A stretch of 64,000 nucleotides of DNA. It comes from Acholeplasmataceae bacterium. Lineage in GTDB: Bacteria; Bacillota_I; Bacilli_A; Acholeplasmatales; Acholeplasmataceae. The stretch covers positions 384,001-448,000 of the forward strand of contig OY775910.1 of assembly GCA_963675245.1 (NCBI GenBank), given 5' to 3'. Made by a program: the position numbers and the translations under genes. The notes under the pieces were generated by a model that did no database searches, had not been told where the DNA came from, and saw nothing but the letters and a program-made list of their open reading frames with translations. Positions 52,240 through 62,580 of the stretch are shown piece by piece (positions within the stretch are counted from its first letter, which is position 1; every line of letters starts with the position of its first letter).

Positions 52240-52806
52240 TTAATCTTTTCTACTCATGCCTGTAATGAATGTATATTTCTTCTTGTTTTCATCTTTTTGA
52301 TCATTTTGATCTAATTTATCAAATATATAGGCTTGTATCTCATCAAATTCTTCTTTAGATAGATAAACCTCAGAACTCGATAACCATCCAACATCGTAAG
52401 GATTTTTTTCTTTACTTTTGGACGCTTTTTGAGTCACTTCAATAAAATCCATTTTAAAACTTTCCAACTGACTAATCACGATATTGGTTAAGTGTTTTAG
52501 GTTTGTTTCTAGCGCATCATCATTATCTTCTAGTTGTAATTTAAATCTCATCTTAGGAAGCTTATAAAACTTAGCATTAATGCCATTAACGACTTCGATA
52601 TGATCTAATGTTAAGACATCAATCGCTAACAGCTTTTTAACATGATAATGAACCTTCGCAGGCACTTCTCCCATTAAATCTGCACAACCTTTTACCGTTA
52701 ATGGTTTTTGATGTTCTCTATACACACCTATAATTCTTAATCTAAAAGGATCACTTACGGCTTTTAATTCTTCAGTTGTAGAAATCACTCTCATGTCTTT
52801 ATCCAT
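52240..52806 (-). CDS. ArsR-like winged-helix regulator
   Basis: LKAVSDPFRLRII, VHYHVKKL, NGINAKFY. Confidence 0.82.
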   Translation of the reverse strand: MDKDMRVISTTEELKAVSDPFRLRIIGVYREHQKPLTVKGCADLMGEVPAKVHYHVKKLLAIDVLTLDHIEVVNGINAKFYKLPKMRFKLQLEDNDDALETNLKHLTNIVISQLESFKMDFIEVTQKASKSKEKNPYDVGWLSSSEVYLSKEEFDEIQAYIFDKLDQNDQKDENKKKYTFITGMSRKD

Positions 52807-52836
52807 ATCATCACCTCATAAGAAAATTATATCATA

Positions 52837-54150
52837 CTAAATAGCGGGTTGAACTTCTGGCTTGGGTTGGTCGAGTTGTTCTAAGTAAGATGTTACTTTC
52901 TTACTTCTAGTTAATCCTATTAATGGATATAACAAGGCTAACCCACAAAGTAAGCCTAAGAAGGCGACATTACTATACTGAATCACAACACCACCTAATA
53001 CCATTGATATCGGCATAGCTGCACCAGATAATGATCCTACAAGACTTAACACACGACCACGATAAGATGGGTCTATACCCTTCATTAAAGCTGTATTAAT
53101 AGGAATATTGACACGGCTTTGATAAAACGCCATTAAGATTGAAAATAAGATATACATCCCAAAGAATACCCAATAATCGATCACACCATAGGTAATTAAG
53201 AAAATAGATCCTGCCAATAATATAAAGACGCCTGCCATTTTAGGTAAATCAGAAAGTAGTGATGTTTTAATACTATCAATCTTTTTACCCCCAATATAAA
53301 TGCCTGATATTAACATCGCGATACTAAAGACGATTGAACTCGCAGCTAAATGATAACCACTTTTAGCAAGTTCTGTTTTAAATAAGAAGGGGATGCCTAC
53401 ACTAAAGAGGGGGATAAAAGCGAAGTTAATAAAGATAATATATTTCATAAACGACATGAGACCTGTCGTGTTTTTGATATATGAAAACCCAATTTTAATG
53501 TCTTCAGCTAAATGTTTTCCTTCATTCACAACTGGATGTAAATATTTGGTCTTAATGAACATTTCACTAAATCCACTTAAGATGAATGAGATCGCATTCG
53601 CTAAAATAGCCACTTCAATCCCTAAGAGTTCATACATGATGACACCGGCCAAAACACCAACAATCCCTTGAATACTCATGACAATGGATTGTGCACCGTT
53701 AGCTGCTTGAATGAGTTCATCACCAACGATGTCTGGTATACTACTTTGTACAGCTGGAGCGAAAAAGGCAGAATTTATACCCGCTAGACCACCAATCACC
53801 ACAAAGAGTATGACTTGTTGATAAATCGTTAAATCAAATCTAACTAATATGAATAATGAGATAAAGAATAATATACCATTTAAATAATCGGTTAAATAGA
53901 TAATCCTAATTCTATGCCACTTATCAACTAATGCTCCGGCAATAGGACTAATGATTAAACGTAATACAATCGGTGCCGCACTTACAATAGCAAAATAAAA
54001 CGCACCAGCATTCCCATAAACTTCTTGGGGAAAAAGCGTTAAGATATAAACCCCTGCAGCAAACCCATATAGCGATGTTCCTATGGATGAAACCAACGCA
54101 CCTTGAAACAATAATAGGAAACTTCTATTCTTAAATAAAGCTTTCATCAT
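52837..54150 (-). CDS. MFS transporter (DHA3/Mef-like)
   Basis: NRSFLLLFQGALVSSIG, AGALVDKWHR, FFAPAVQSSIPDIV, YRGRVLSL; ~12 TM. Confidence 0.9.
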   Translation of the reverse strand: MMKALFKNRSFLLLFQGALVSSIGTSLYGFAAGVYILTLFPQEVYGNAGAFYFAIVSAAPIVLRLIISPIAGALVDKWHRIRIIYLTDYLNGILFFISLFILVRFDLTIYQQVILFVVIGGLAGINSAFFAPAVQSSIPDIVGDELIQAANGAQSIVMSIQGIVGVLAGVIMYELLGIEVAILANAISFILSGFSEMFIKTKYLHPVVNEGKHLAEDIKIGFSYIKNTTGLMSFMKYIIFINFAFIPLFSVGIPFLFKTELAKSGYHLAASSIVFSIAMLISGIYIGGKKIDSIKTSLLSDLPKMAGVFILLAGSIFLITYGVIDYWVFFGMYILFSILMAFYQSRVNIPINTALMKGIDPSYRGRVLSLVGSLSGAAMPISMVLGGVVIQYSNVAFLGLLCGLALLYPLIGLTRSKKVTSYLEQLDQPKPEVQPAI

Positions 54151-54161
54151 GCACCTCTCAC

Positions 54162-54203
54162 ACAACGTTAAATAATTTTATTGTTAATTTATTTTAACGT
54201 TGT
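54162..54203. promoter_or_regulatory. Perfect 11-bp inverted repeat upstream of the MFS-regulator operon (operator candidate)
   Basis: ACAACGTTAAA-N20-TTTAACGTTGT. Confidence 0.55.
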
Positions 54204-54375
54204 TTTACTTATTTGTCAATCATTTTTTTAAAATAAAAACTAAAAAAATAAAGATATTCAAAGAATATCTTTTTAGGAAATTATATCAAATAAATGAAAC
54301 AATATGTATATTTTACTTGACACTATGTAAAATAAAGTATACAATAGAGTCAGAAAACAAAAGGAGGCTATGCAT

Positions 54376-54804
54376 ATGGCTTATCAAGTAAAAAGAAGTA
54401 TTATGACAATTGTTACAATTTTAGTAGGATTAGGTGTCTATGGTGGCATCATGTTAACAAATCTTAGTGATCCACTCACAATATATGAATATGGTATGTA
54501 TGTATTACTCGCTATACCTGTATTAGTTGTTACCCAAATCATCGGTAAAATCATCTTTGATATATTCAATCGCACAGCAGATAAAAACGAGGAAGCGAAA
54601 AAGATGGATGAATTCGATAAAATCATCGAATATAAATCTGTTCGTAATTTCAGTTTTGTCGTCTTAACAGGATTCTTTACAGCAATGCTACTTATGTGGG
54701 TCAGTACACTACTCGCATCATTCCTTACCTTATTCTTAACATTGTTTGTTGCTGGAATCGCCTTACAAATCTCTTATATCATCTATTACACAAAGGGTGT
54801 GTAA
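54376..54804 (+). CDS. 4-TM membrane protein (DUF2178-like)
   Basis: AAGGAGG SD; MDEFDKIIEYKS motif between TM pairs; paired with a small HTH gene. Confidence 0.7.
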   Translation: MAYQVKRSIMTIVTILVGLGVYGGIMLTNLSDPLTIYEYGMYVLLAIPVLVVTQIIGKIIFDIFNRTADKNEEAKKMDEFDKIIEYKSVRNFSFVVLTGFFTAMLLMWVSTLLASFLTLFLTLFVAGIALQISYIIYYTKGV

Positions 54805-54805
54805 T

Positions 54806-55030
54806 ATGGCTAAAAAACAGAGTACCATTCAAAACAACATTAGAGAGTTAAGATTTCAAATGGGAGAGATGTCTCAAGCACATCTCGCCGATTTAGTGGG
54901 TGTATCAAGACAAACAATCGTGTCTGTTGAAAAAGGAAACTACACACCCTCATTGGATCTCGCATTTCAAATATGCGAGATATTTGATAAAAAGATTGAA
55001 GAGGTCTTCTTCTATCAAAAAGACGTTTGA
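54806..55030 (+). CDS. Small XRE-family HTH regulator
   Basis: NNIRELR...MSQAHLADLVGVSRQTIVSVEKGNYTPSLDLAFQI...IEEVF. Confidence 0.92.
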   Translation: MAKKQSTIQNNIRELRFQMGEMSQAHLADLVGVSRQTIVSVEKGNYTPSLDLAFQICEIFDKKIEEVFFYQKDV

Positions 55031-55076
55031 TCATATATAAAAAAGAGACTTTAAGAAAATAGTCTCTTTTTTTGTA

Positions 55077-56468
55077 TTAACTCGTCATATTACCCATAGC
55101 TGTACCACAATCTTCAATTAATAATTGTAAGGTTGTTAAGCTTACGGTAGCGCCAGATGTGAAATCAATATTATTTTCAACTGTAATATTTTCACCGACA
55201 TATAATTGTAGGTTTGCTCTTGTTACATCCAAATAACGTGTTTGTTGTAGTGAGAGAAAGGTTGCTGATGTCACGACACCATTGGTGTCAACAATTAATA
55301 AGACTCTCATTGAACCAAAATTATTCGTTCTATATGATTCAATGGCATACCCCATTAACACATCACTAGCATCATATAATGCGGACTTTTTAACAATTGA
55401 ACTTGGATCAGCTGAATGATCAAGTTCCTCGTAAGAAGCAACATCCTCATTTAATGCTTGATATGAGATGAGCGTCTCATCTGGAATCACTTCAATCCAT
55501 TTCGCATAGACTGTCAAATCGCCAACAGGATGACTTTCATGATATGATGCTAAAGATTCCGTAAATGATGCATCTACATACCAGCCATCAAAATCAAAGC
55601 CTGCTTTATTTGGATCTTGAAATGTTAAAAGATCTTCAACTGTATATGTGTTTAAATTATTCTCGTTTTGTATACCACCATCAAGCATATAAGTAATATT
55701 ATATGTGATGGTTTGCCAAGACGATACTAATGACATATGATCTAATACTTCTGTTTCACTAAAGTTATATAAGACATCATTTAAATACCAACCATTAAAG
55801 ATGTAGCCAATTCTTTCAGGATCTATAGGTTCATCAACATATTCCCCATCAGAGACATGTACTGAAACAGTATTAGTTACACCATCATTATAATCAAATG
55901 TGACAGTCCAGGTGTTAGGTTCAATGACTTCTTCAACCCATTTCGCATAAACACTCATATCCGAAGATAAAGCTAACATGTCATCTAAAGTGAATGATGA
56001 TTCAAATGTGTCATTATCTATATACCAACCATCAAAGACATAACCTGCTCTTGTTGGATTTGTTGGCATTCCAACTATTGTTGATTCATCAATAATCACA
56101 TTGTAAGCACTTGTTACGCCATCATTGTAATTAAATGTGACAGTCCAGATGTTAGGTTCGATGACTTCTTCAATCCATTTTGCGTAAACCGTGATATCTT
56201 CAGTTAATTCTAAATTTAAGATGTTATCAACGTTAAATGGCGTTTCAAATGTGTCATCATCCAAAAACCACCCATCAAAAACATATCCTTCTTTTGTTGG
56301 ATCTTCTGGCATTGCGGTACCCATTAATCCATTAACGATTAATACGTCAATGTCAGATCCACCATTTGTATCAAAGTTGATTTCAAATGACGCTATCGCT
56401 TCTGTACAACCCGTTAGCAACAAGATTAATATAAACATAACGCTAATCATTATTTTATGTGATTTCAA
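55077..56468 (-). CDS. Lipoprotein with four InlB B-repeats (Flg_new) and a C-terminal FMN-binding domain
   Basis: LLTGC lipobox; repeats PTKEGYVFDGWF...VYAKW; C-terminal IDFTSGATVS; probable TTG start 56468. Confidence 0.8.
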   Translation of the reverse strand: MKSHKIMISVMFILILLLTGCTEAIASFEINFDTNGGSDIDVLIVNGLMGTAMPEDPTKEGYVFDGWFLDDDTFETPFNVDNILNLELTEDITVYAKWIEEVIEPNIWTVTFNYNDGVTSAYNVIIDESTIVGMPTNPTRAGYVFDGWYIDNDTFESSFTLDDMLALSSDMSVYAKWVEEVIEPNTWTVTFDYNDGVTNTVSVHVSDGEYVDEPIDPERIGYIFNGWYLNDVLYNFSETEVLDHMSLVSSWQTITYNITYMLDGGIQNENNLNTYTVEDLLTFQDPNKAGFDFDGWYVDASFTESLASYHESHPVGDLTVYAKWIEVIPDETLISYQALNEDVASYEELDHSADPSSIVKKSALYDASDVLMGYAIESYRTNNFGSMRVLLIVDTNGVVTSATFLSLQQTRYLDVTRANLQLYVGENITVENNIDFTSGATVSLTTLQLLIEDCGTAMGNMTS

Positions 56469-56575
56469 GATTATGACCTCCCCATATAATTTAAAAATAT
56501 TATAACACGAAAATCTCATATTTGAAGATTAAAAAAACACCTCTATAAATATTTATGGAGGTGTTTTATATGTTC

Positions 56576-57124
56576 TTATTTTAATGAATAAATCATTAAA
56601 TCAATCTTACCTTTGTATGGCCAAGCTTTTACGTCATGAAGTGTATCTTTTAAGACGAAGCCACATCTATTTAAGATATGATTGGTGACTTTATCTTCTT
56701 TCATTGCTGTGGCGTATATGTGTCTTACATGAATTTGATGTAATAAATACTTAATCACTAAACGACACGTCATCTCAGCATATCCCCTATGCCAATGTGC
56801 TTCGTGGAATCGATAACTCATTTCTAAACTATTCTTTTGTAAGTTAATCTTAAATAATTTCACCATACCAATGAATTGTTTGGTACTTTTTAAGTAGACA
56901 CCAATATATAAATACTTCTTTTTATAATAATCCATTTGATAACGGTCAATTAATGCACGTGCTGCCGATTCTGTTTTCTTAGGATATCCTCTGGTGTACT
57001 TAAAACAATTAGGATTCATCATCATTTGAACAAATTGATCATCGTCATCATGATCAATCATCTTCGTATACAATATGTCGTTTTCTAGCTGTGGGAAAGT
57101 ATTAAACAACATGTGTACGCTCAT
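56576..57124 (-). CDS. GNAT N-acetyltransferase (RimJ/RimL-like)
   Basis: FPQLEN, FIGMV, EMSYRFHEAHWHRGYAE, ILNRCGF. Confidence 0.82.
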   Translation of the reverse strand: MSVHMLFNTFPQLENDILYTKMIDHDDDDQFVQMMMNPNCFKYTRGYPKKTESAARALIDRYQMDYYKKKYLYIGVYLKSTKQFIGMVKLFKINLQKNSLEMSYRFHEAHWHRGYAEMTCRLVIKYLLHQIHVRHIYATAMKEDKVTNHILNRCGFVLKDTLHDVKAWPYKGKIDLMIYSLK

Positions 57125-57529
57125 CTACTTCACCAATTTCTTGAATTCAAATACTTCTTGCTTATTATAGTTTAATTGAAGGGAGATACGATCATCTTGT
57201 TTGTTATACATTTCAATGGTAGGAAATAGGATTTTTCTTTTTACGACGATATTGAGTTTTTCGTCTAACGTGCCATACTTGAAGATGGAGAAATGATCAT
57301 CGTTTACGTTATGAATGAAGTATATGTCATCATCCTTGACACAAACGATTTTTAAACGTTTATTGCCGTAAAAGAGATTCCCCGCAATCGCGTTTTGTCC
57401 AGCTCCTTCATTATAAGGAAACCCAGCGAACCACATGTTCTTCTCATCAATAAGGTCGTTCTTTCTTAAATAGCTTTCTAAATCCTTCAGGTCTTCTTTG
57501 GTATGAGGTATTTCTTTAAACTTGTTCAT
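57125..57529 (-). CDS. Hypothetical protein
   Basis: GGAGG SD, 134-aa ORF abutting the GNAT gene. Confidence 0.7.
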   Translation of the reverse strand: MNKFKEIPHTKEDLKDLESYLRKNDLIDEKNMWFAGFPYNEGAGQNAIAGNLFYGNKRLKIVCVKDDDIYFIHNVNDDHFSIFKYGTLDEKLNIVVKRKILFPTIEMYNKQDDRISLQLNYNKQEVFEFKKLVK

Positions 57530-57877
57530 AGATAACCTCCATCGCTTTTTCTTTATTTTATCATACTATTTATATAAATAATAATGATCGTCAACAAACT
57601 TATAATTAAATAGAAATACGTTCAGCATAAAATACTTTTATCAACATAAACAAGATAGCTTACTCTTCTAAGTTTCCAGTTATATTGTCTCAAAAATTCT
57701 TTTATAAATAAAATGCTACTATCATTCAAAATTTTCTTAAAATTTAAACATTTTAAAAGTTTATTTAAACTTATTCCAAATAAAATATTAATTTTTATTA
57801 AATTAAGGTATATAATAAGGCTAACCAGCATTACGATAAATAAGTGGAAAACCACATAGATAAAGAGGGGTATTTTT

Positions 57878-60529
57878 ATGTTAGACAAAAAGAAGTATTT
57901 TTTAGGGTTACTTATGATATCAATCCTAGTTTTTGTGTTATCCGGATGTGAGGAATTGTTCAATTCCAATACGAATTCACCAACATCAAAAACTGGAATT
58001 ATCACTGTCAACAATGATCTTTCACCTTTGTTAATTGATGATGATATCGTGTTAGATTTTTCAGTTGGAACATTATCATCATATGATAGCAATTTGATTA
58101 CTTTTAACCTAACTAATAATGAGGCTAATGCAACTGTTGGATTTGAAACAAACGAACATAATGAGGAAGTTGCTATTATACATGCACACAACTTTGGAAC
58201 AGTTGATTTAAAAATCACTTATGAAAGTGATATAACTTATGAATCAGATAAAATCACACTTGTTTTCTCACACTATCCATTAAGAACATCAGAAGATCTT
58301 GCCGATCTTGAAAACTCAAGCGATGTTTTCGTCTTACTAGATGATATTGACATATCAGATGAGACATGGACTCCTATTACAGGCTTTTCTGGAACATTAT
58401 TTGGCAATGGTTTTACAATTTCAAATGTTTCAATCCAAAGTACTTCTGCAGATAATATTGGTTTTTTCGATATTTTGAGTGGTCATGTATATGATTTGAA
58501 ATTAAATGTTGATATCAACGTTACTGGAGGTTATCAAAATATTGGTGGCTTAGCAGGTTCTAGTATTGGTTCAATAGAAAATGTTGAGATTACTGGTCAA
58601 ATTACAGCCCAACAAGGAACAAATGTTGGAGGTGTAGTTGGATTTTCTGATTTAGCCAATTTAAATTCTAATATAAACCACGCAACAATAGTTGGTGATA
58701 ATTCTGTTGGTGGTGTTGGTGGTTTTGTTACCATTGACGAAGAAGAAACTATTGCTGGAAACCAAAACAATGGTACTATTACTGGTAACGGTGATAATAT
58801 CGGTGGTGTTATCGGTAGTTTATCTGGTATTTACAATGACTATTCCGCAAGTGAGACTTATTTAAATAACTTTATAAACACTGGCGAAGTAACAGGATTA
58901 TCTTCAAATGTAGGTGGTATAGTAGGTTTTATTACTTCAACAAACAACTATTCATTTTCTGATCCAGATGAAATTATTTTCTTTATGATGAGTAATTGTA
59001 TTAATCAGGGTATCGTCATTGGTGAAGATTATGTCGGTGGTATTGTTGGAAATGGACATGCTGTTGGTTTAATTGAATATTCAAGTAATAATGCAAATAT
59101 TACTGGTGAAGATTATGTCGGTGGTTTTCTCGGTTTTGGTAAATGGGCAGATATTAACGGTGCAGTAAATGAAGTCATTGTTACTGGGGATGCTTACGTT
59201 GGCGGTATTGCAGGATTTGGTGCAGAATTTAGCGAGTGTGAAAACAGTGGTTCTATTATCTCTAATCACACGATTTCGGTAGAAACTGAACTTGTATCTT
59301 ATGTTGGTGGTATAGCAGGGTATATGACACTCGCAAATGACTGTTTTAACAATTCAGATATCACAGTTAACACAGGTGGTGCATATGTCGGCGGTATTGC
59401 AGGTTACATTGCTTCTGCAGAAGAAGTAACCATAGCTAATAATGAAAATAATGGCGATATCTCAAGTACTGGAGAAAGTGTTGGCGGTATTTTTGGGGCA
59501 AGTGTTGGTGTTTTTCATGATTATTCTTCTACTTCAGCATATTTAAATAACAACGTAAACAATGGAGATATTTATAGTACGCAGTCAAATGTGGGTGGTA
59601 TTATTGGTTATTCATCTTCTATTAATAAATATTCATTTGCAGATGATATAGACCGTATGTTTTTAGTCATTTCAAATAGCACTAATACTGGTACAATTAC
59701 GGGTGATAATTATGTAGGTGGTATTGTGGGCAATGGACTATCAGTATCGGATATCAATTATAGTACAAATTCAGCAAACATTACCGGTGCAGATTATGTA
59801 GGTGGATATTTAGGGTATGGTAAATATGCTAATTTTAATCAATTAACAAACGATAATACAATTACAGGTAAAACATACGTAGGTGGTATTGCTGGATATG
59901 CAAATGAATTCTATGATTGTACAAATAACGGATCTATTATTTCAACTGGTGTTACAGTTGTTAATACATTGTTCGTAGTTTATGTAGGCGGCATCGCTGG
60001 ATACATGACATTAGCCACAGATTGTATTAATAATGCGGATATTGACGTGTCAAATGAAGGTGATTATGTTGGTGGAATTGCGGGTTATATGTTAATTGAT
60101 GAATTAATAAAAGTTGAGGGTAACGAAAATAATGGCGATATTACAAGTTCAGGAGATTATGTTGGTGGCATTGTTGGTTCTATTATTGGTAAATATGATG
60201 ATTATCATTCAACATCAGCAGACTTTACAGAAAATATAAATCGTGGCAATATTACGGGCTATGGATTTGTAGGGGGATTGATTGGTTATCAAGGATCAAA
60301 TAATACGTATACGTTCGCTGATGAAACTGAACAACTCTATATTAATATTTCAAATTGTGAAAATAGCGGAGATATCACTGGTATAAACTATGTCGGTGGT
60401 TTGATTGGTTATGCAACTCATGCATATAGTTCAGATAGTTTATGGAATACAAACACATCTATTTGTATTATTACAGCTGATGAAAATGGCGGTATAATTT
60501 ATGGCTTTATTAGAAATGTGAAAAGTTAG
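57878..60529 (+). CDS. GLUG-repeat surface lipoprotein
   Basis: VLSGC lipobox; LLDDIDI...WTPI..FSGTLFGNGFTISN; many YVGGIAG/NxGxI repeats. Confidence 0.85.
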   Translation: MLDKKKYFLGLLMISILVFVLSGCEELFNSNTNSPTSKTGIITVNNDLSPLLIDDDIVLDFSVGTLSSYDSNLITFNLTNNEANATVGFETNEHNEEVAIIHAHNFGTVDLKITYESDITYESDKITLVFSHYPLRTSEDLADLENSSDVFVLLDDIDISDETWTPITGFSGTLFGNGFTISNVSIQSTSADNIGFFDILSGHVYDLKLNVDINVTGGYQNIGGLAGSSIGSIENVEITGQITAQQGTNVGGVVGFSDLANLNSNINHATIVGDNSVGGVGGFVTIDEEETIAGNQNNGTITGNGDNIGGVIGSLSGIYNDYSASETYLNNFINTGEVTGLSSNVGGIVGFITSTNNYSFSDPDEIIFFMMSNCINQGIVIGEDYVGGIVGNGHAVGLIEYSSNNANITGEDYVGGFLGFGKWADINGAVNEVIVTGDAYVGGIAGFGAEFSECENSGSIISNHTISVETELVSYVGGIAGYMTLANDCFNNSDITVNTGGAYVGGIAGYIASAEEVTIANNENNGDISSTGESVGGIFGASVGVFHDYSSTSAYLNNNVNNGDIYSTQSNVGGIIGYSSSINKYSFADDIDRMFLVISNSTNTGTITGDNYVGGIVGNGLSVSDINYSTNSANITGADYVGGYLGYGKYANFNQLTNDNTITGKTYVGGIAGYANEFYDCTNNGSIISTGVTVVNTLFVVYVGGIAGYMTLATDCINNADIDVSNEGDYVGGIAGYMLIDELIKVEGNENNGDITSSGDYVGGIVGSIIGKYDDYHSTSADFTENINRGNITGYGFVGGLIGYQGSNNTYTFADETEQLYINISNCENSGDITGINYVGGLIGYATHAYSSDSLWNTNTSICIITADENGGIIYGFIRNVKS

Positions 60530-60642
60530 TTAATATGAACATCAAATATTAAGTGATAAATGATTTGTTAATACTTTATTAAAAGTAAAAAGTCAGAGTG
60601 AAATCTGACTTTTTAGACTTTATCAAAGAATATTAAAACAAA

Positions 60643-61491
60643 TTAATATGCTACAGTTACAAGTACCCCTCTTTTCTTCTTTCGCAAGACATACCATGTA
60701 CCTACACCAAGCGCTAATGCGATATTAACAACTGACCATATCCAATACCCTGGTTGAGGAACATCTTCCATAAACAATACTGGGAAGAATGGAACTGAGA
60801 CATTGCTTATTGTATGCATGATCCATGGAATGATTAACTTCTTTCCAGATAAATTATATAGGATACCAATCACGACTGACCAACTTGTCGTGAATAACAC
60901 GAATGTGATAAACGGATAAAATGAATGTCCTTCGCCTTGGATTAACCATAGTGGTGCATGCCATACGCCCCATAATACACCGATTAATAAGCTCGCAGGT
61001 ATAATGCCTATTTTATCTTGTAGTGGAGATTGGATGAATCCTCTCCACCCAAACTCTTCTTGTCCACCACCTACAAAGAAAATCATTAAAGTATATGGAA
61101 TGAATAACACATAAGGAGATATCTCCATATCAGTGGGTATTAATGTATCAAGTAAGATATCACTGCCTAATAGGTTTGTTCCATAGTGAGCTATGATGGT
61201 TGTGATAAACCCAAACAGCACAGCAATCAGATAGAATTTCCAATGTGCCTTGAGATCAAAAGATCTTTTAAAGAACGCTTTAACAGCTAGCCATTTTCCT
61301 TGTGAGTATGTGAGGATAGTTGCTGAGACGAGTGGTCCAAACGCACCTAATATCACAACGAGACTAATGAGTGATGACAATGTATCTGTCATCAAATATA
61401 ATCCAAATGTAGGTAAAACAAATGGTAACCATAATACCCAAGCCCAAACATACGTATAAATAAAATATTTGACAATTGTTTTATTATTCAT
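60643..61491 (-). CDS. CPBP (Abi/CAAX) intramembrane glutamic endopeptidase, copy 1
   Basis: EEFGWRG, WGVWHAP, HTISN; start re-set to ATG 61491. Confidence 0.92.
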   Translation of the reverse strand: MNNKTIVKYFIYTYVWAWVLWLPFVLPTFGLYLMTDTLSSLISLVVILGAFGPLVSATILTYSQGKWLAVKAFFKRSFDLKAHWKFYLIAVLFGFITTIIAHYGTNLLGSDILLDTLIPTDMEISPYVLFIPYTLMIFFVGGGQEEFGWRGFIQSPLQDKIGIIPASLLIGVLWGVWHAPLWLIQGEGHSFYPFITFVLFTTSWSVVIGILYNLSGKKLIIPWIMHTISNVSVPFFPVLFMEDVPQPGYWIWSVVNIALALGVGTWYVLRKKKRGVLVTVAY

Positions 61492-61578
61492 TTTATGACT
61501 CCTGTTCTTGTTAATTTCTAACTTAAGCATACCACCAACAGAACAGGATGTAGCACAACGGTTTGTTGCAAGATAATA

Positions 61579-61815
61579 TTAAAAAACACCCTTGATTTCA
61601 AGGATATCTTCTAATTTAACATCTAACAATTGTGATAATACAACTAGGTGTTCAATCTTAGGTAATTTAAACCCATTAACCCAGTCATATATAACCCTTG
61701 CAGTGTTAAGATTCAAATATTCAGCAATAACGTCATACGACATGCCTGATCTTTGAATAAGTGTTCGTAAATTATCGCCAGTTTTATCTCTGTCAATAAC
61801 CATTGATTGATCCAT
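61579..61815 (-). CDS. Small XRE-family HTH regulator
   Basis: AAGGAGG SD; TGDNLRTLIQRSGMSYDVIAEYL...VIYDWVNGFKLPKIEHLVVLSQLLDVKLEDIL. Confidence 0.9.
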   Translation of the reverse strand: MDQSMVIDRDKTGDNLRTLIQRSGMSYDVIAEYLNLNTARVIYDWVNGFKLPKIEHLVVLSQLLDVKLEDILEIKGVF

Positions 61816-61937
61816 ATTAACTACCTCCTTTGGAATTAACTCTTTAATTCACATCTATAAAATGAATATCAGGTAGTCTTTGGATCAATTTCTAAATTAT
61901 AATAAATTTCTATTTTTGTCAATAGCATTTATATTCT

Positions 61938-62008
61938 TTGAACTATCAGTACAAAAATTAGCCTTGAACTAGTAGTACATTGTATAGAACATATCATTAA
62001 ACTATAAT
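61938..62008 (+). promoter_or_regulatory. Sigma70-type promoter with two upstream 16-bp operator-like repeats
   Basis: TTGTAT(61980-85)-N17-TATAAT(62003-08); TTGAACTATCAGTACA (61938-53) and TTGAACTAGTAGTACA (61964-79). Confidence 0.7.
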
Positions 62009-62014
62009 AGCGAT

Positions 62015-62575
62015 GTATTAAATGAATTCTTTGAAAATTGAATATCTCACAAGCATATGAAAAACTAGTTTAATCAACTACTATGCACATATTGTTGGGC
62101 ATGGAAGTGTGGCGATAGTCACATCCAGTAATGTTATACTACTTACAAAACATGGTAAGCAATGATATGGTGGTATGTTGAACTTATACATCATAAAGCA
62201 TCAGATCTTTTCGAGGAAGCAATAAACGCTATCGTGGATAGAAACATCAAGTTAGGAAAATGGGTTAGCATCCATAGGTCAAACCTTGAAACGCTCATAA
62301 TTCCTTGTGTCGTTGAAACACCGAAAGGTGCTATAAGAAGAGACTGGGTTGGAGTAGCACAAATTGACATTCTATTTGTTAAATAGATAATGGCTCTGAT
62401 TGTGTGAAACTTGAGGATAACCAATGCCTTTACGGTTTTTATAAAGAGACGGTTAAGATGAGGTAGCTCCTTATCTGTGCCCCGTTACTTACCGGTGGCT
62501 GAATAATGATGAAGTAGGGCATATTACGAGGAAGACTTGGTGAGATATTTAATTTTGAGAGAATTAATTCATTTT
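62015..62575 (+). ncRNA. Large multi-stem structured ncRNA, possibly ROOL-like (family not confirmed)
   Basis: 5' 62025-62053 pairs with 3' 62536-62565; more than 10 internal hairpins including GAAA and UUCG tetraloops; promoter upstream, terminator downstream; no credible ORF. Confidence 0.75.
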
Positions 62576-62580
62576 CACAA

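Noticed and set aside
57530..57877. Long AT-rich intergenic region as a possible ncRNA or origin
   Set aside because: It lies between divergent genes, has no stable hairpins and no DnaA-box cluster; consistent with ordinary promoter DNA.
62499..62512. CTGA and ATGATGA, resembling box D and box C K-turn motifs, in the last hairpin of the ncRNA
   Set aside because: Short motifs only 3 nt apart with no clear flanking helix; not enough to call a K-turn by eye.
62015..62575. RNase P RNA, tmRNA, SRP, group I/II intron or CRISPR identity for the structured region
   Set aside because: No GAGGAAAGUCC P4 motif, no tRNA-like GGGG...CCA ends, no GUGYG start or domain V, and no repeat-spacer array seen. 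It is too long for SRP or 6S.
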